DNA from: Bispira polyomma
Taxonomy: Eukaryota
Length of the DNA stretch: 64,000 nucleotides
NCBI GenBank assembly: GCA_965649765.1
Contig: OZ287753.1
Span: 49,662,001-49,726,000 of the forward strand
Direction: 5' to 3'
The notes beneath the pieces are model-generated. The model was not told where the DNA came from. It did no database searches and saw only the letters and a list, made by a program, of their open reading frames with translations. A program made the position numbers and the translations under genes. Shown in pieces: positions 1 through 13,464 of this stretch. Positions within the stretch are counted from its first letter, which is position 1, and every line of letters starts with the position of its first letter.

Positions 1-419
1 CTATAAATTTCAGATAGTGTGAATTACTGTTGTCTATACGTATTACTTAAAATTACCCTGTAATGCTCTCAAAAATGTTAAATTAATCTTGTTCTTTTAA
101 AGATAATTTTGTGTATATGTCCATAAGGTTGTACAATCTAATATTCAGTCATATGCTTTATAAACATCCAAAGCTATCCTGTGGTACTAAGTTATCTTAA
201 TACATAATTTCCTCCACTTTATTCTCTCACAAATTGATGAAAATTGGCTAATATAGAATATCAACAATATTCTGATAAATAAAACTCCATTTTTACACCT
301 TTTTAAATATGATTTGAAAGTTTATTTTTAAGGTAACAAGTCTGTAATTCTTCACTTTCAAACTTGCATTCTGACGTCACAATAGACCGAAGCGGATAAT
401 AGAGGGCAATATTCAAAAC

Positions 420-700
420 GGCTCCTTAATCTACAAAAGCCTTAATTCATGATATTTTATTCCTTGTCTCCCTAGACAGATGTCCCTAACTTTTATACCA
501 TCAGTTCATAAGTCAAAAAGGAATTTCAAGTTTATCATATGATGCTCCTAAGCTGAGGAATGATCTGCCTCATGATATTTGCACTCCCTTATTACTTTAG
601 AAGGATGCTCAAAACATACCTTTTTAGCAAGGCTTTTTTACCTTAGCCTCATTACCATTTCTTGCATCGCTACGGTCATAACCCCTCTATGTCCAATGGC
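420..700 (+). mobile_element. L2/CR1-group LINE 3' end fragment
   Basis: Decayed translation 'YDAPKL.NDLPHDI...FRRMLKTYLFSKAF.P*', the typical L2 ORF2 C-terminus. Confidence 0.65.
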
Positions 701-729
701 TATATAAAATTGTATATATATATATATAT

Positions 730-3016
730 TTATTTATTAAAGTGATATGCAATATTACAGTATAAGTCATATTAAGCAACACACTTTTTCAGTTGCCCAG
801 CCTCATATAGAGCTTATACATCACATTCAACACAATTTGGAAATTTGAAAATGTTTAAATACAGAAAAAGATACATACATTAAGGTATAAATTTTCTATA
901 TAAATAAATTTTGATTTTTGGTCTTAAAGTTCCCATGCTTTAAGCACACATTTCACAAGATCTTAGGTATAGTATTTCATAAGATATACAATTTTTTCTC
1001 TTACATTTAGATTATTGAAGTTTTGTTCTTTTGCAATAGTTTTTAAATATAGTTCTTTTCTGAGGGAATTATGTAGGGGACAGGTACATAAAAATGCATT
1101 TCATCCTCAATTTCATTCGATTGACAAACTTGATACAGCCGTTTCTCAGGTTTATATCTACAAAGTTTTCCTGTTACAGGGTCTTTTCTATTGTGAAATC
1201 TACCAGTCTCAATCTTTAAGGGGAGTATACCAGTACGAAATCGTGCAAGTCAAGATCACTCTCTCTTTGTCAAATTCAAGAAGAGGTATGGTTCTGTTTT
1301 AAATTTGCTTTTATATAGTTCATAAATATAAATTATTCAATTTAAAATATTCTTTTGAGTTATGTATACTTTCAAGACCTAGAGAATTGGCAACGTTTGA
1401 TACATGAGAGCACCATCCACCAATATTTAAATTATAGACCCATCTAATATTTTCATTGTAATTCTATTATCTCCCATTTTAATTAGTCTGTTTCACAGTC
1501 TGAGTATACATTTATTATGGCGACTTTTTGGGATTAACAATTCCATATCCCCATGAAGGGCAGGGACTGGTGTCAATTTATGAACACCCATGAAATATCT
1601 AATAGCACGATTTTGCACAACATCTATTTTATTAGTTTGATTATTAACTCCCCATACACTTGCATCATAGTCTTGAATTGGTGTTATTCCAGTTTCATAT
1701 AGCTTACAGTATGTATGAAAGCCAGTCATATTTTGAGTTTTCAGTTTTGAAATTAAACAGCCCAATGCTGTTTCTACAGCTTTTGCAAGTGTTTCTGTAC
1801 AGGCAGTGAACTGAAGAAATTGGTCAAAGATAACACCAAGACATTTTTACTCAAATACAATACAAAAAACATTCTCACCTATATTAAATGTTCCGTTGGT
1901 TTAAGGAATAAGGTTTTGCCTAAAATGTACTATGTTAGAGAATTAATGTTTACATGCCACAAATAGGTCAATTTTAAAATTGTATCTAACATTAACTGCA
2001 GTTTCTGTTCTGAATTACTGATAAGAACAAAATTATCTGCATAGAGAAATAAATTAATCTTTGTGCCAACATTTATACCGCAGTTTAGCCTTTTTAATAT
2101 GACAGCTAAATCATTTACAAACATTGAAAATGGTGTTGGGGAGATTGTATCTCCTTGGCGTACATTGGAATTAACTTTAAAAAATACTGAAGATTGACCA
2201 TTTAATCTCACACAACTTTCAGTATCAGCAAAAAGTGACTATTATTGCATTATATAATCTACCTTCAACACCATATGTTAAAAATGAATAGAATACAAAA
2301 AAGTTATAGTCAAATGCCTTTTCAAAATCAATGCAACAGCAGAACACAGATTGTTTGTTTTGTAGGAAATTTTTAATGCTGCTATATGGTGAAAATATGT
2401 GATCCTCACAGGACCTATTTTTTCTAAAACCATTTTCTTCATCGCCAGGTAAGTCTAGCTCTTCACAAAAGTTTACTAACCAATTATTTAGGACAGATAA
2501 ATATACTTTGCTCATTTACAGTGGTATACACCCCTGTAGTGTAGTGGAACAAATGAATCCTTTACTGAATTTTTTGGTATTAGGTGTATTATAGCTCTAA
2601 AACCGTATATTTGGAACTATGGAATACTCAAAGCATTTTTGAATGAATATCCAAATCAATATTATTATATTTTCAGATTTTAAGATTTCATTGGGGATTC
2701 CATCAATACCAGGTGTTTTACTTAGTTTCAGGTTATTTATGACTGTATCTATTTCATCATACTGTATTGCTTCATTCAAAAATGTGTTATTTTCTGTTAT
2801 AGTACTTTCTAACTTTGTTTTTTCATTTAACACAAAGTCCATAAAGTTGGTACAAAAGGGATTATATAGAGATTCAAAATCATTACAACACTTTTCGAAA
2901 ACAGTGTTTCTATCGTGAGTAAGTTGTCCATTGACATTATACACCTTTAGAGGAAATCTTTACATGTCTTTGGAGCGAGTTTCTTTATTTTGTCCCCAAA
3001 AAAGTTGGGTTTTTGG
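730..3016 (-). mobile_element. CR1-group non-LTR retrotransposon ORF2 (RT and C-terminus), decayed
   Basis: ORF pieces give KTPGIDGIPNE, ENGFRKNRSCEDHIF, IDFEKAFD, VRQGDTISP, LYADN and QNRAIRYFMGVHK; many frameshifts. Confidence 0.85.
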
Positions 3017-3825
3017 CATTTGCACATCACGACCCAATAGGGGTGTGATAGTTCAGTTCCTAAACCCCCTCCTTCTTATTCTAACACTACCTTAATTAGC
3101 TTAGGTATCCTCTCCTTTCTTCTCTCTATCCCTTTGTGGCACCCAATTAGGGGCCCTCTCTGCTTTGACTTATTTATCCCCCTTTCCACCATATTGAAGT
3201 AAGTCATTCAACAGGCAACATCAATAAATTTTAAATTCCCACCTTCCTTCCCCTACTTACCTCCAGTTTACTTATTTTATATGTTATTTTACTCACTTTT
3301 ATCTATCTTTACATGTATTTTGCGTTTGAATTGATATATATATATATATGTAACTCTCTTGCCACTGCCGGTGGTTCGAACCCGGATCCATGTGGTGCTG
3401 GTCCCCAGCTGCATCTTCCCTCTGGTGTGGGCTACTAGGGAATTCAGCTCTGCAGTTGGGAACCTTCACTGCTAGGCGACTAGGTGCCGTAGGACCCGGG
3501 TTCCAACCGTGGAGTCGCTCTGCCGCATACATAACACGATATGCTACCAATCCATCTTACTCTGACGTGGTGAAAGCCACTCGTTTATTCCTAGTTATAT
3601 CACAGGGATTTATTTATATACATTTACCAATTGTATTATTGTTATGTGGTTCAGGCTAGTCCTACTCACAGTATTGTTCACATGCTAGTCATGTTATGAG
3701 TATATTTTAAAATTTTACAAGTTAAATTTTAAACTATTTTTCCTACCTGTATATAGAACTAACCTGTACAGAATAAACTTCTCCAAACAATATAACATTT
3801 ATATTTGACCCACTTACCTCAAGGT
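3017..3825 (+). mobile_element. Solo/non-autonomous derivative S1 of the YR retrotransposon family (repeat A + structured core + repeat B)
   Basis: 3017-3238 aligns to the 5' end of D5 (49846-50072). 3472-3506 matches D2's 3' region. The TGTACAGAATAAA B-type 3' motif is at about 3765. No real ORF. Confidence 0.75.
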
Positions 3826-3829
3826 CCTT

Positions 3830-4830
3830 TAATACTCACTTGGGAACTGGATTAACATATCTTCCAATTTTATAGATTTCTGTTTTTTTTATATTCTCTT
3901 TCCTTTCTCCTGAAAGTTTTATGAAAAATACTTTGGTTACTTTTGAACACATGATATACATTTGACCTTTATTTTGTATTTTCTCTTGATTTTTAAAAGA
4001 AGGCTCCGGATTATGCATCTTCTGCCACAAGTTGGCTAATTCTTCATCCCATTATATGGTTTATAATACCGGAATATCTTCCTCACTGATTTAAATGAAC
4101 TTGATTTATATCTTAAAACTGCTCCATGTCATTGAAAATGGCATTACACATACTGTCATATAACATGTTTATGCTATTTTGATTTGCAATATTATTTTCA
4201 ATAACCGATACTGTTGGCGGCAGGTATCTATATACCAGCTGTAGAATCAGTGAATTTGTGTTTTAGCTCATTTGAGATAATACCATCAACACTTTTATCA
4301 TGAAATTTTCATGAAATCATCAAAGGCTTACATAATTCTATCATGAAAGTCTTGTATAAAGCTGGGGAACAAACCCTAAGAGTGTGTTGGCATACTGGGT
4401 ACATTCCTTGATGAGATCGAAATATTTCTTGGAGCATTTTCCTGATCGCTTGTTACTGCCACTTTGGTGGCATTTACGGCATATCTTGTTTGTGGCACAA
4501 TTTTCCTGTGTACTCCCTTACGAAAATCACTAGTTAATTCGCACTTGTTCATAATTGTCTTGAAGTTGAGTTTTGCAACCCACTCTGAATGTGATTTACT
4601 GGATCTGAGGTAGACATGTCTGTACTCACGAATAGCTGACTGACGTACTTCTGACCTGTTTCTAAGAACAGCTTTTTATTCGTCCAATGAAGAGACAGCA
4701 AACTTCAACAAAGCACTTAAAGATCTAGGATTACTGTTGAGACGTTTAGCTATTACTTCGACTTTTGAATCCAGTTTTAAGTTTTAAACTAACTGTTCGG
4801 CTGTGGTTACTGGGTCCAACAGACTATATT
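3830..4830 (-). mobile_element. Decayed LINE fragment (ORF1 and start of ORF2)
   Basis: 4520-4830 reads '...LKFAVSSLDE*KAVLRNRSEVRQ...HVYLRSSKSHSEWVAKLNFKTI' (resembles CR1-type ORF1); weak endonuclease/linker remnants below it. Confidence 0.5.
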
Positions 4831-4854
4831 AAACATGGAACTTGGAACTTTTTT

Positions 4855-5157
4855 GGAGATTACTACATTTGTCGCATATTTTGACGTGTGTGGTTATAGC
4901 TACATATGTGGTTGGAATTGTCACATTTGTGATTATAACTACATTTTAGTATTTGTTACATTTGGGGTTTACTACATTTGTGGTTATTACATTTGTGGTT
5001 TCTCACTTTGTCACATTTGTGGCTATAATTTTTTTGAGACTACTACATTTGTCATACATTACTAGGTTTGTTGTTTTAGCTACATATGTAGTTGGAAACT
5101 GTAACATTTGTGGTTATAGTTTTTGTTACATTTATAGTTGCCACAAACGTGGTTATA
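4855..5157. repeat. Degenerate minisatellite (about 22-bp unit, ACTACATTTGTGGTTAT core)
   Basis: More than ten imperfect copies of (c)tacatttgtggttat in tandem; the ORFs 4835..5065 and 4953..5177 are artefacts of it. Confidence 0.8.
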
Positions 5158-5158
5158 C

Positions 5159-6255
5159 GCACAGCACGACCCAATAGGGGTCTGCTAGTTCAGTTGTACA
5201 TTAAAGTCCTTTCTACCCTAATCCCTGGCGAATGGATCTGACCAAAATTGATCTGTTCACCCACACAATTGACCAATAAGAAGCCTTCTTCATGAATAAT
5301 TTTCCCACCAAAAATTAGAGCTTCCATATTGGAACAGGAATCAGTAAAGGAAACACAAACTTTTCCACCCACCTCCCCTTTACCACAACTATTACAAACT
5401 TTGAAAACATTTATGTTTAATTTATGACTTAGTTGTATATGTACCATACAAAATATTATGACACGTGTATGGTAGTGATAAAGAAACTTCACATCCTAAC
5501 TATAGTCTCCCAGATAGCTAGCGTGCCACCTCATGGATTCGAGCCCTGGTCCGTGTGGTACTGGTTCCCAGCTTGCAACTACCCCTCGGTGTGGGCTACC
5601 GTGGATTAAAGCTCTGCAGCTGAGAGCCTTTATTACTAGGCGACTAGGTGCCGTAGGACCCGGGTTCCAAGCCATGATGGTGGTTTTGTTAGAGAGGGCG
5701 GGTACAGTTGGAGTATTAGGCAATACTTACTTGTAGGTGTCCGTTATGTGCATAGAAAAGGTCTTCTGATAGGGAAAATGACATGAAACTGTAAATAGAC
5801 ATTTCCTGTCAATGCAACATGTTTAAGTAGCTAAAGCGAATAAAGTTACCAGGAGTTACTTTGGGGCCATAAAGGCTGTCCTGCTTGCTATTGGTGTCAG
5901 CAGTTGTATTAAATCAATGCTATATGTAACTTAATTTTACTATTTTAATGATATTGTCTAATTAGGCTAGTCCTTTATTGTTGTAATAACTTAACTTATC
6001 CTCAGCATTTGAATACAAATCGCTGTTTGTTGTAGGCTAGTCCATATTGGCTGATTATATAAGCTGTTGTATTTTGCTGTGTATCAGCTATTTTGTTATT
6101 GTATGATGGGCTTTTAAAAATCTCATCTATTTTTAAATCTGTCTTTGACGTTTTACCCTAAATTGTACATAGATTTTACACTAACATGTACAGTAATAAA
6201 AAGATACCTCAAACCTTAAATTACCCTCTTGCCTTTTCCCTGTTGGAATTAACCT
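5159..6255 (+). mobile_element. Solo/non-autonomous derivative S2 of the YR retrotransposon family
   Basis: Starts GCACAGCACGACCCAATAGGGGTCTGCTAGTTCAGTT like S1 and D5. Contains the hairpin core (5525-5684), AGGCTAGTCC motifs as in S1, and a B-like end (TGTACAGTAATAAA at about 6187). Confidence 0.7.
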
Positions 6256-6931
6256 TACCTTTAAAAACTCACTCTTTGACTTTATCAAGGACAACTGTGT
6301 CATATGTAGTAACCTGTTCATTGCGTACTTCTTCAATACTGGCCTTATTTGTAAAATAGTCAAAGTAGACTGTATGTTCGTCCTCTTTTACCATGTTTGT
6401 AATATGTGAATAAGTTATTTCTTTATAAAATCCAAGCAGTATGCATTTCCATTGAAGTGTCACTAATAATGTAGTGGTAGAAAATAATGTAGTGGAAAAT
6501 AATGTAGTGGTAGCAATTTTCTACCATTTATTAAAGTAAATATTTAAAGAAGCATTCTTTATTTAATTTCAATTTTTATTCAAAAATGTTGTTTTAGTTT
6601 GGTTGGGTTTTATAATAGATAAACACCCTAAAGGCCCTCGTACTCCATAAAGTTTACTTAATGTAGTGCCATGTGGTTATTATCTATATAATCTTTTTGA
6701 CTGTGTGTTTGTGTGTGCTGTTAGGTTTGAGTGATCGTTTGTCTGTTAGTCTCAATGTTACAAAATTGATCAATTAAATTTGTGTAGTAATGTGTACTGT
6801 ACTTTTTTACATATGTAAAATGTTACTTGTGTGTTTGGACTCTGTACAAGTTTTCCCTTTTGTGTGTGTTTACATCTACTAGTAGGTCTGGTGTAACTAT
6901 TTGTATGTTCATAGTAGTATTTTGTTTTTTA

Positions 6932-7182
6932 GGAATTGGTATATTTGACGTCTACTCTAGGGTCTGTTTTAGGTTATATTGGGATGGGTAGTTGGAAACG
7001 CTAGAGGAAACACTGCATACAGTTGATCAAGATTCTGCACTGAAAGCAGCGGCCCACAGTAAGTAACTACCACCTTTCCCACATAGGCATTGACGGGAGT
7101 CGAACCCACGCCAGCTGATCCCAGAGGTGAGAGACCATTGATTGTGAAGCACAATGCTAACCACTAGGCCACCGCGGCCCCC
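6932..7182 (-). mobile_element. tRNA-derived SINE, copy 1
   Basis: Minus strand shows A box TGGCCTAGTGG, B box GGTTCGACTCC and a CAC anticodon-like loop. Closely similar to 19924-20178 and 55447-55689. Confidence 0.9.
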
Positions 7183-7289
7183 TGTAGTAGTAAAGTAAGA
7201 CAAAAACCATACTGTATGTCTGTCATACAGTATTTTTGAAAGTGTCAATGTTAATATACAAACCTGAAAAATCAGTGTTTTCTCTACAC

Positions 7290-10200
7290 ACAACATAATC
7301 AATAGTGCTGACATTATATTATATTTGGAGCCAGAACCAACTCAAGAGGTTTTGCTATAATCATTAGAAAGAATTTTGAATATAACATCCATAATACTGA
7401 ATCTGATTCAGTTGGTAATTATCTTCCGATTGACCTTGACAGGGTAGATTAATTAATGTTTGTGCACCAAATTCTGATGCTCCTGAATTTTTCAAAAATA
7501 TGACTCAGCAAGTTAAGAAAAAGACTACCTGATAATTCGATAATTTTAGAGAGATTTTAATCTAGATTTGAACCCAAAATTGGATAGCTTTAATTATATC
7601 AGCATCAATAACTCAAAGTCAAAAAATGAAGTATTAGAAATCTTAAACACCTATATTGTAACAGACGCATTTAGAAATCTTCATCCGATCAACAACAATA
7701 TACTTGAAGGCGAAAAAACACAATCAAACAAGCCAGACTAGACTATTATATTGTAGGAATTGCCGTTACAGACCTATCATGCTTTAAAATAATCCCTGAT
7801 AGATCTGACCATTTGATACTTGAACTCAGTATAGCGAAAAACTATTTTCAGCGAGGTAAAGGTCTGTGGAAATTTGATTGCGGGCTACTGAAAATAAAAG
7901 TTATATACAGATAGTCAATAAGGCCATTCAGGACACAAAATCACAATATGTAGCCCCTGTTTACAGCTTTTAATATCTTAACACAGACAATAACTTTGAT
8001 ATGCAGTTTACTAGGATCTCTTTCTAGAAATGCTACTAATAACTATTAGTATTAATTTTTCTTCCTCTAAGAAAAAAGCCGAAAAGTCTCTAGAAAAAAA
8101 AATTGTTAAAAGATATAGATAACTTTTAAAGTTCAAATAGAACACTAGAATCTGCACAATTTTTAGAAACCACCTAAAAAAATTATTAATGATGGGACAT
8201 ATGGTACAATCCAGACTAGTGGATACAACAAGGCGAGAAACCATCTGCGAGTATTTCTGTGGCTTGGAGTGTGAAAACTTTATAGATGAAACAATTAAAA
8301 AATATGTCTTCAAAATGGAGAGACCATCACAAATCAATCAGGTATTTTTAACAAAGTTAAATAATTTCATGCTCAACTGTTTAAAATTAAAGATGAAGAT
8401 ATACCTGATATTGACCTTCCAAATATTTTTGAAAATTAATTTGTCATGAAACCAACTAAATCTGAAGCTCTGTCAATTAAAGACCCTTAACTATGATTGA
8501 ACTATGTAATGCCTTGAAGGAAATGAGCAATAATAAAGCCCTTGGTATTGATGGTTTTTCTTGTGAATTTTTTAAACTCTTCTTCCCAAGTTTAAAATAT
8601 ATGTGCTTAATGCGCTTAACTTATGTAACAATAAGGGTAAACTATCTGTCTTTATGTCAGTCAATAATCAACAGCATCCCCAACGGGAATAAATCTAGAG
8701 AATTTTTTAAAAATTGGCGTCTGTTCTCTACAAATTGGTTGCATCAGCCATAGCAGAAAGTCTCAAGACCGTACTAGATCAGCTAATTTCAAAGACACAA
8801 ACAGGCTTTATTAAAGGTCGCTACAACGGTGACTCAACTAGACTAATATATGACATCATGAGTTACACTCAAAATAGAAATATGAATGGGTTACTGATGC
8901 TGATAGATTTTGAAAAAGCCTTTGATTTAATTTAATGCAAAATCATGGAGATTTCTTAGGCCTTGGAGAAAACTTTATTGGTTGCATTAAATTAATGAAT
9001 ACAGATATTGAAGCTGCAATTCTTTAAGTTGGAGTAAAAGATTTTTTTAACATTGAAAGAGGATGTAAATATGGAGATCCTATTGCTCCATATTTATTAT
9101 TCCGTGTGGTTAAATGTTACATTACCTGTGATACATATAAATTTTGAAATCAAAAGAAATAATACTTGATTCTGATTAGATAAAAATGACACAGTTTGCT
9201 GACGACACAAGTCTCATTCTTGATGGTTCAGAGAGCTCTCTAGAGGCTGCCCTCAACACAATTAAAGTCTTATGAACATTTGGAGGCCTAAAAATAAGTA
9301 CCAGTAAAACAATAGTAAAATGAATTGGAAGGAAGAAATATTTTAAAGATAAATTAAAAGTTTCTGGACAACAAGACAGGGGAACCACACCTTTTAATCT
9401 GTTAGGAATTATATTTTCAGTTGACCTAAAAGAAATAATTACTTTAAACTACGCCAATACAATAGTCTTATAAGTTTTACACTAGTCTTTTTGTCTCTAA
9501 ATTCATTGAGAAAGCTGTTGCAAAATACCACCTTCATAAACATAATCTTACTAACTCCTACCAGTCTGCTTGCAGAAAGTTACATTGAACTGAATTGATT
9601 CTCATTGATAATAAGAAACACAGTGGCAATGTCAGATTGTTATTCCTTGTTACACTGTTGGCCAATGATAATCAGCTCTCTGCTAAGAACCTTGGTGTCA
9701 CCATTGACTCCACTTGGTCATTTCATACACACATCAGCAACATTTGTTGTTCCTGTTACTATCACATTCGTGTCAGCAAAAGAATTACAAATCATTTGTA
9801 AGTCGATAGGACCACTTTTAAAACCGTTATTTTTCAACAGCCCTCATACCTTGCTGCTCGCCTTTCCCTCAGCAACCTTAAAAGATGTTCTCCTTCCTCT
9901 GTAAGGCTAGATTAAGAGCTTTCTCTATTGCTGCCCCTATGTTATGAAATGGTCTGCCAGTTTCAAGATCACTTGAAACACTTTCTGGTTTTAGACAAAA
10001 AGCTTAAAACCTATCTCTTCAAACTCGCCTAGCCCACATAGTTCCCTCCCTGCGCACCACCATATCCTTCATTACGACTTTGGCTGTTTTTTAGACTTCT
10101 CTATTGGCTTACTGGCTCTGTTGTTGCTAGTTGGTAAATTATGTTATATTTATTATTGAAAAAAGTGTTATCAATTAGAAGTACTTAATTTACCTCCTAG

Positions 10201-11210
10201 GTTTCCTCAATGTAAAACGTATAGTGCTAAGTATAAAGCATGCGATTATATATAAGTACATGTATTACATATCAACTAAAAGATAGTTTTATGAGCTTTG
10301 TAATGGTATGCATGATTTTTAAAATACAAATAGTTATGACCCATTCAATTAATCTTATGTCTAAAACCCTAGAAAAAAAGTTGTCCATGAAATGGCGAAA
10401 TACCTGCACTGGGGTAGATATGCAATTTCATGTTTTTTTCATAAAAAGCTGTCACACATACAATGCTATCATGCATTTCCCAAATCTGTACATATCTGGC
10501 TTTAAAAAAATATAGATAGCATTTGTCAATCTTTTTGGTAATCGTCAGTGCTCCGGCTGATAGACTAATTGGAATAAGTATGGAATAAACTTTGTTGGGG
10601 ATCTGATTGGCTGTTTGTAGCTAAAAAGAATAACCTGTTGAAAATATAACCTGTTCAAAACCAATTTTGTGGACTATCTAAGAGTCAAGTCTTGTGTAAG
10701 GAAATATAAAAAGGATGACCTTTTTCACTTTAAACAACCTTCACTTTCATCTACCAAAATCAATTGTCACTTCTGTCCTGTCACAACCAAAAGATTTTAT
10801 AAACTCTTGAATAAGACCTGCATGGAAATGAACTTTAAAATTAAATGGAAACTTGAGCTAGACATAAATATTAATAAAGGTACATGGCAACAGGTATTTG
10901 AAACATGTTTTAAAACAATCAAGGACAACTACCATATTTGGTTTTATTATAGAATTTTGCACTGTATTCTTGGTACCCAGAAACTACTTGATAAAATAGG
11001 CATAGTGTCATCTCTGAATTGCCTACTGTGTAAATCCTACCCAGAATCTATAATTCATCTCTTCTCCCTTTGTTCTGTTACTTTGAACTTTTGCAAACAG
11101 GTGGAAGCATGGATCAAAACCAAGACAGGCATTAATATAATGCAGAAGACATATAACTACAGATAACAACTTCCTTCCAATCAATATTCTTCTTCTATCC
11201 ACTAAAAGTT
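7290..11210 (+). mobile_element. L1/Tx1-clade LINE ORF2, decayed and interrupted
   Basis: APE motifs (APN, RLDY, SDH, GLWKF), RT motifs (GIDGFSCEFFK, QTGFIKGR, LIDFEKAFD, GDP, QFADD) and a C-terminal CLLC...ESIIHLF..C zinc-binding region (10669-11166). Confidence 0.85.
9480..10150 (+). mobile_element. L2-type LINE fragment nested in the Tx1 LINE
   Basis: 'SAKNLGVTIDST.SF.THISNIC.SCYYHIR' followed by an L2 3' end ('RAFSIAAP...LKTYLFK'). Confidence 0.75.
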
Positions 11211-11224
11211 ATATATAGTTATAT

Positions 11225-13230
11225 ATATCTGGCGTACATAGTGCAGACAAAGTCCTAGTGCAGCCAATCTTGGGCTACATTTTATTTTCTATGCAGAGTG
11301 CATCTAATGATAACATTAAACAAGCAGTGATGGGGCACTTCACAGAGACACAAATATCAGAAGCAAATGACATGCTTTGATCCCTTTTGTGGGACAAATG
11401 TTATTGGAGATAAGAAGAGCAGAAGAAATAGCAACATCAGATCAGAGAAGGAAGCGCATGCTACTGACATTATTGATGCCCTCATGAAGTTGGGATACTG
11501 CAAACAGACTTCCTCCAATTGCTGTTGGTGCTCTGGCCTTGGGAATTATCCCTAGGTCATATTCGGAGGAGTTGAAAAATATATCGCTGTGTGATAGGCT
11601 AAACCAATTTGAGACCAGGATGAGTAAAATACAAGAGCAATTAGATAGAAATACAGTTGAGAGCATGGTTATGTATGAGGAGATAGAAAATTGTGGTAGT
11701 TATGCTAACGATGTGAGTGGTAACTCACGAGAACAGAGGAAGTTAAACTCCAAGACCAGTCAGACATCAAAGAATACAGCAGAGGGGAGAACCAAACACA
11801 GTGAAACTGTAAGAGAGATAACCACAACAGGTCTAATGATGCTGGTAATAGGCGGAGTATACAACCATTGAGTGTTTAAGGCCAGGATAACAAGGTGGCG
11901 GGTGACAGTCTGATGTCTGATGGGAAAGACAGTGATAAGCAATTTAGTTTGTCTTCATACATGCTAAATCAGAAACAAAGACAACAAATGAAGAAGTGGT
12001 TAGTTGCTGGTAGTTCTACACAAGCAGACACTAGAGTTAGAGGAGCTCCAGAACCAGATAGATATTTGTTTATCTTCCGTGTGGACATAAGTACACAACT
12101 AGAGGATCTTAAAACATCTATTGTTGACCGTGGTGTGACAGTGACAAACATAAATGCCAAATTCAAGTCCTATAAACTAACAGTGCCAGTTTCACAGTAT
12201 CAGCAGTTGTTTGACGGGGAGATTTGGCCAGAAGGTTTGAGAGTACGACCATTCTAGTCTAAGCCAAGCAACAGAAGGACAAACAACAGTAAAACCGAGG
12301 ATGAGACTGAAAAGTAGACTGTATTAATGTTACGCTTTAATTATATCTTTTCTAAACCCTTTAAATATGGCTTCAGCTCTCTCTATATGTTCTTATAATA
12401 GTCGTGGACATGGTATTGATAGAGTAAAATATATACAAAACCTGTGTGATAGAAATGATTTTGTATTTATACAGGAACGCTGGTTACATAGTAGACAAGT
12501 CAGTTTCTTTGAAAACAATCTGTGCAATGTAAAGTCTCATACAATATCGAGGATGAATCCCAATGAACTCTTAGTGGGACGTCCGTATGAAGGATGTTCT
12601 ATATTGTGGAAGTGTAATCTAACAGCCAAAGTTGTGCCAGTTTATGTCGACCCTTCTAGTATCTGTGCTGTAAAAGCTATTTTCAATGACACTGCTATAC
12701 TTTTAATTAATGTGTACATGCCATGTAACTCCAATACGTATAGTTATGTTGAAGAAGTTAATAATATATTATCAATGGTGTCATCTACTTGCAAAACTGC
12801 ATTAGCAACTTATATAGTCCTAGGTGTTGATGAGAATGCTGATGTAAACAAATCTAACCATAGAGCTACAAAAGTTATTGGAGAATTTGTGTCCAATGAA
12901 TTTTTAGAATGTTGCATTAAATGCAGTTAAAGTAAAATAGATTTCACTTATATGAGCAAGTAATGAGGGTGTGTCAATAATTGATCACTTTTTTGTTTCT
13001 CGTAACTTGTATGATGTACATTATGAAATATGATGTTCTTCATGACGGTGACAGCTTCTCTGAACACTCTGTAGTATGTTTGAGTGTAATGTGTACTAAA
13101 GTGGAATATACAACTGTAATTGTAAATGCGAACAATAAATCCATTTGTTGGGAAAAGGCCACTTATGTGGACAATGCTAATTATCAGTCTTTGGTTGATC
13201 TTATTTTGAGTAAAATTACAGTCCCCATGC
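11225..13230 (+). mobile_element. CR1-group LINE 5' half (ORF1 and APE endonuclease), truncated by D1
   Basis: ORF1 remnants (IPRSYSEELKNISLCDRL; RGAPEPDRYLFIFRV...WPEGLRVRPF). APE motifs SYNSRG, FIQE.WL, GRPY.G, INVYMP, IDHF, SEH. Confidence 0.85.
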
Positions 13231-13464
13231 TTATAAGTCAAAGGTCATATATGAAGGTCAAATCATTCTGAGTTAGGATTTGAAATAAAGGTCAATTCCA
13301 GATATACTTGATAAGTATTTGTTATAAGAAGGTAGTAAAAGATTGGTTTGAGAGTTTATTTTGTACATATTAGTATCTATTTACAAACTGTTAATAAAGG
13401 TTAAAATATCATGCTTAAAATTTGTGATACTTTCAACAAATTTTTAAAGCCCCAAGCCAAACAA

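Noticed and set aside
3370-3515. Hairpin core as a hammerhead, HDV-like or twister ribozyme
   Set aside because: No CUGANGA/GAAA core. The HDV P1/P3/L3 nesting cannot be built. The twister-like GGTTCCAAGCC in S2 lacks a closing P4 and is not conserved in S1.
4855-5157. CRISPR-like array
   Set aside because: Degenerate tandem units without unique spacers, in a eukaryotic context with no cas genes.
3299-5736. Short similar ORFs (3299..3550, 3390..3659, 5496..5723, 5533..5736) as a peptide family
   Set aside because: They are open on both strands because the hairpin is GC-rich; starts, stops and frames are not conserved.
6932-7182. Functional tRNA-Val gene
   Set aside because: Extra sequence in the variable region, no acceptor-stem closure, a long shared 3' body and TSDs in sister copies indicate a SINE.
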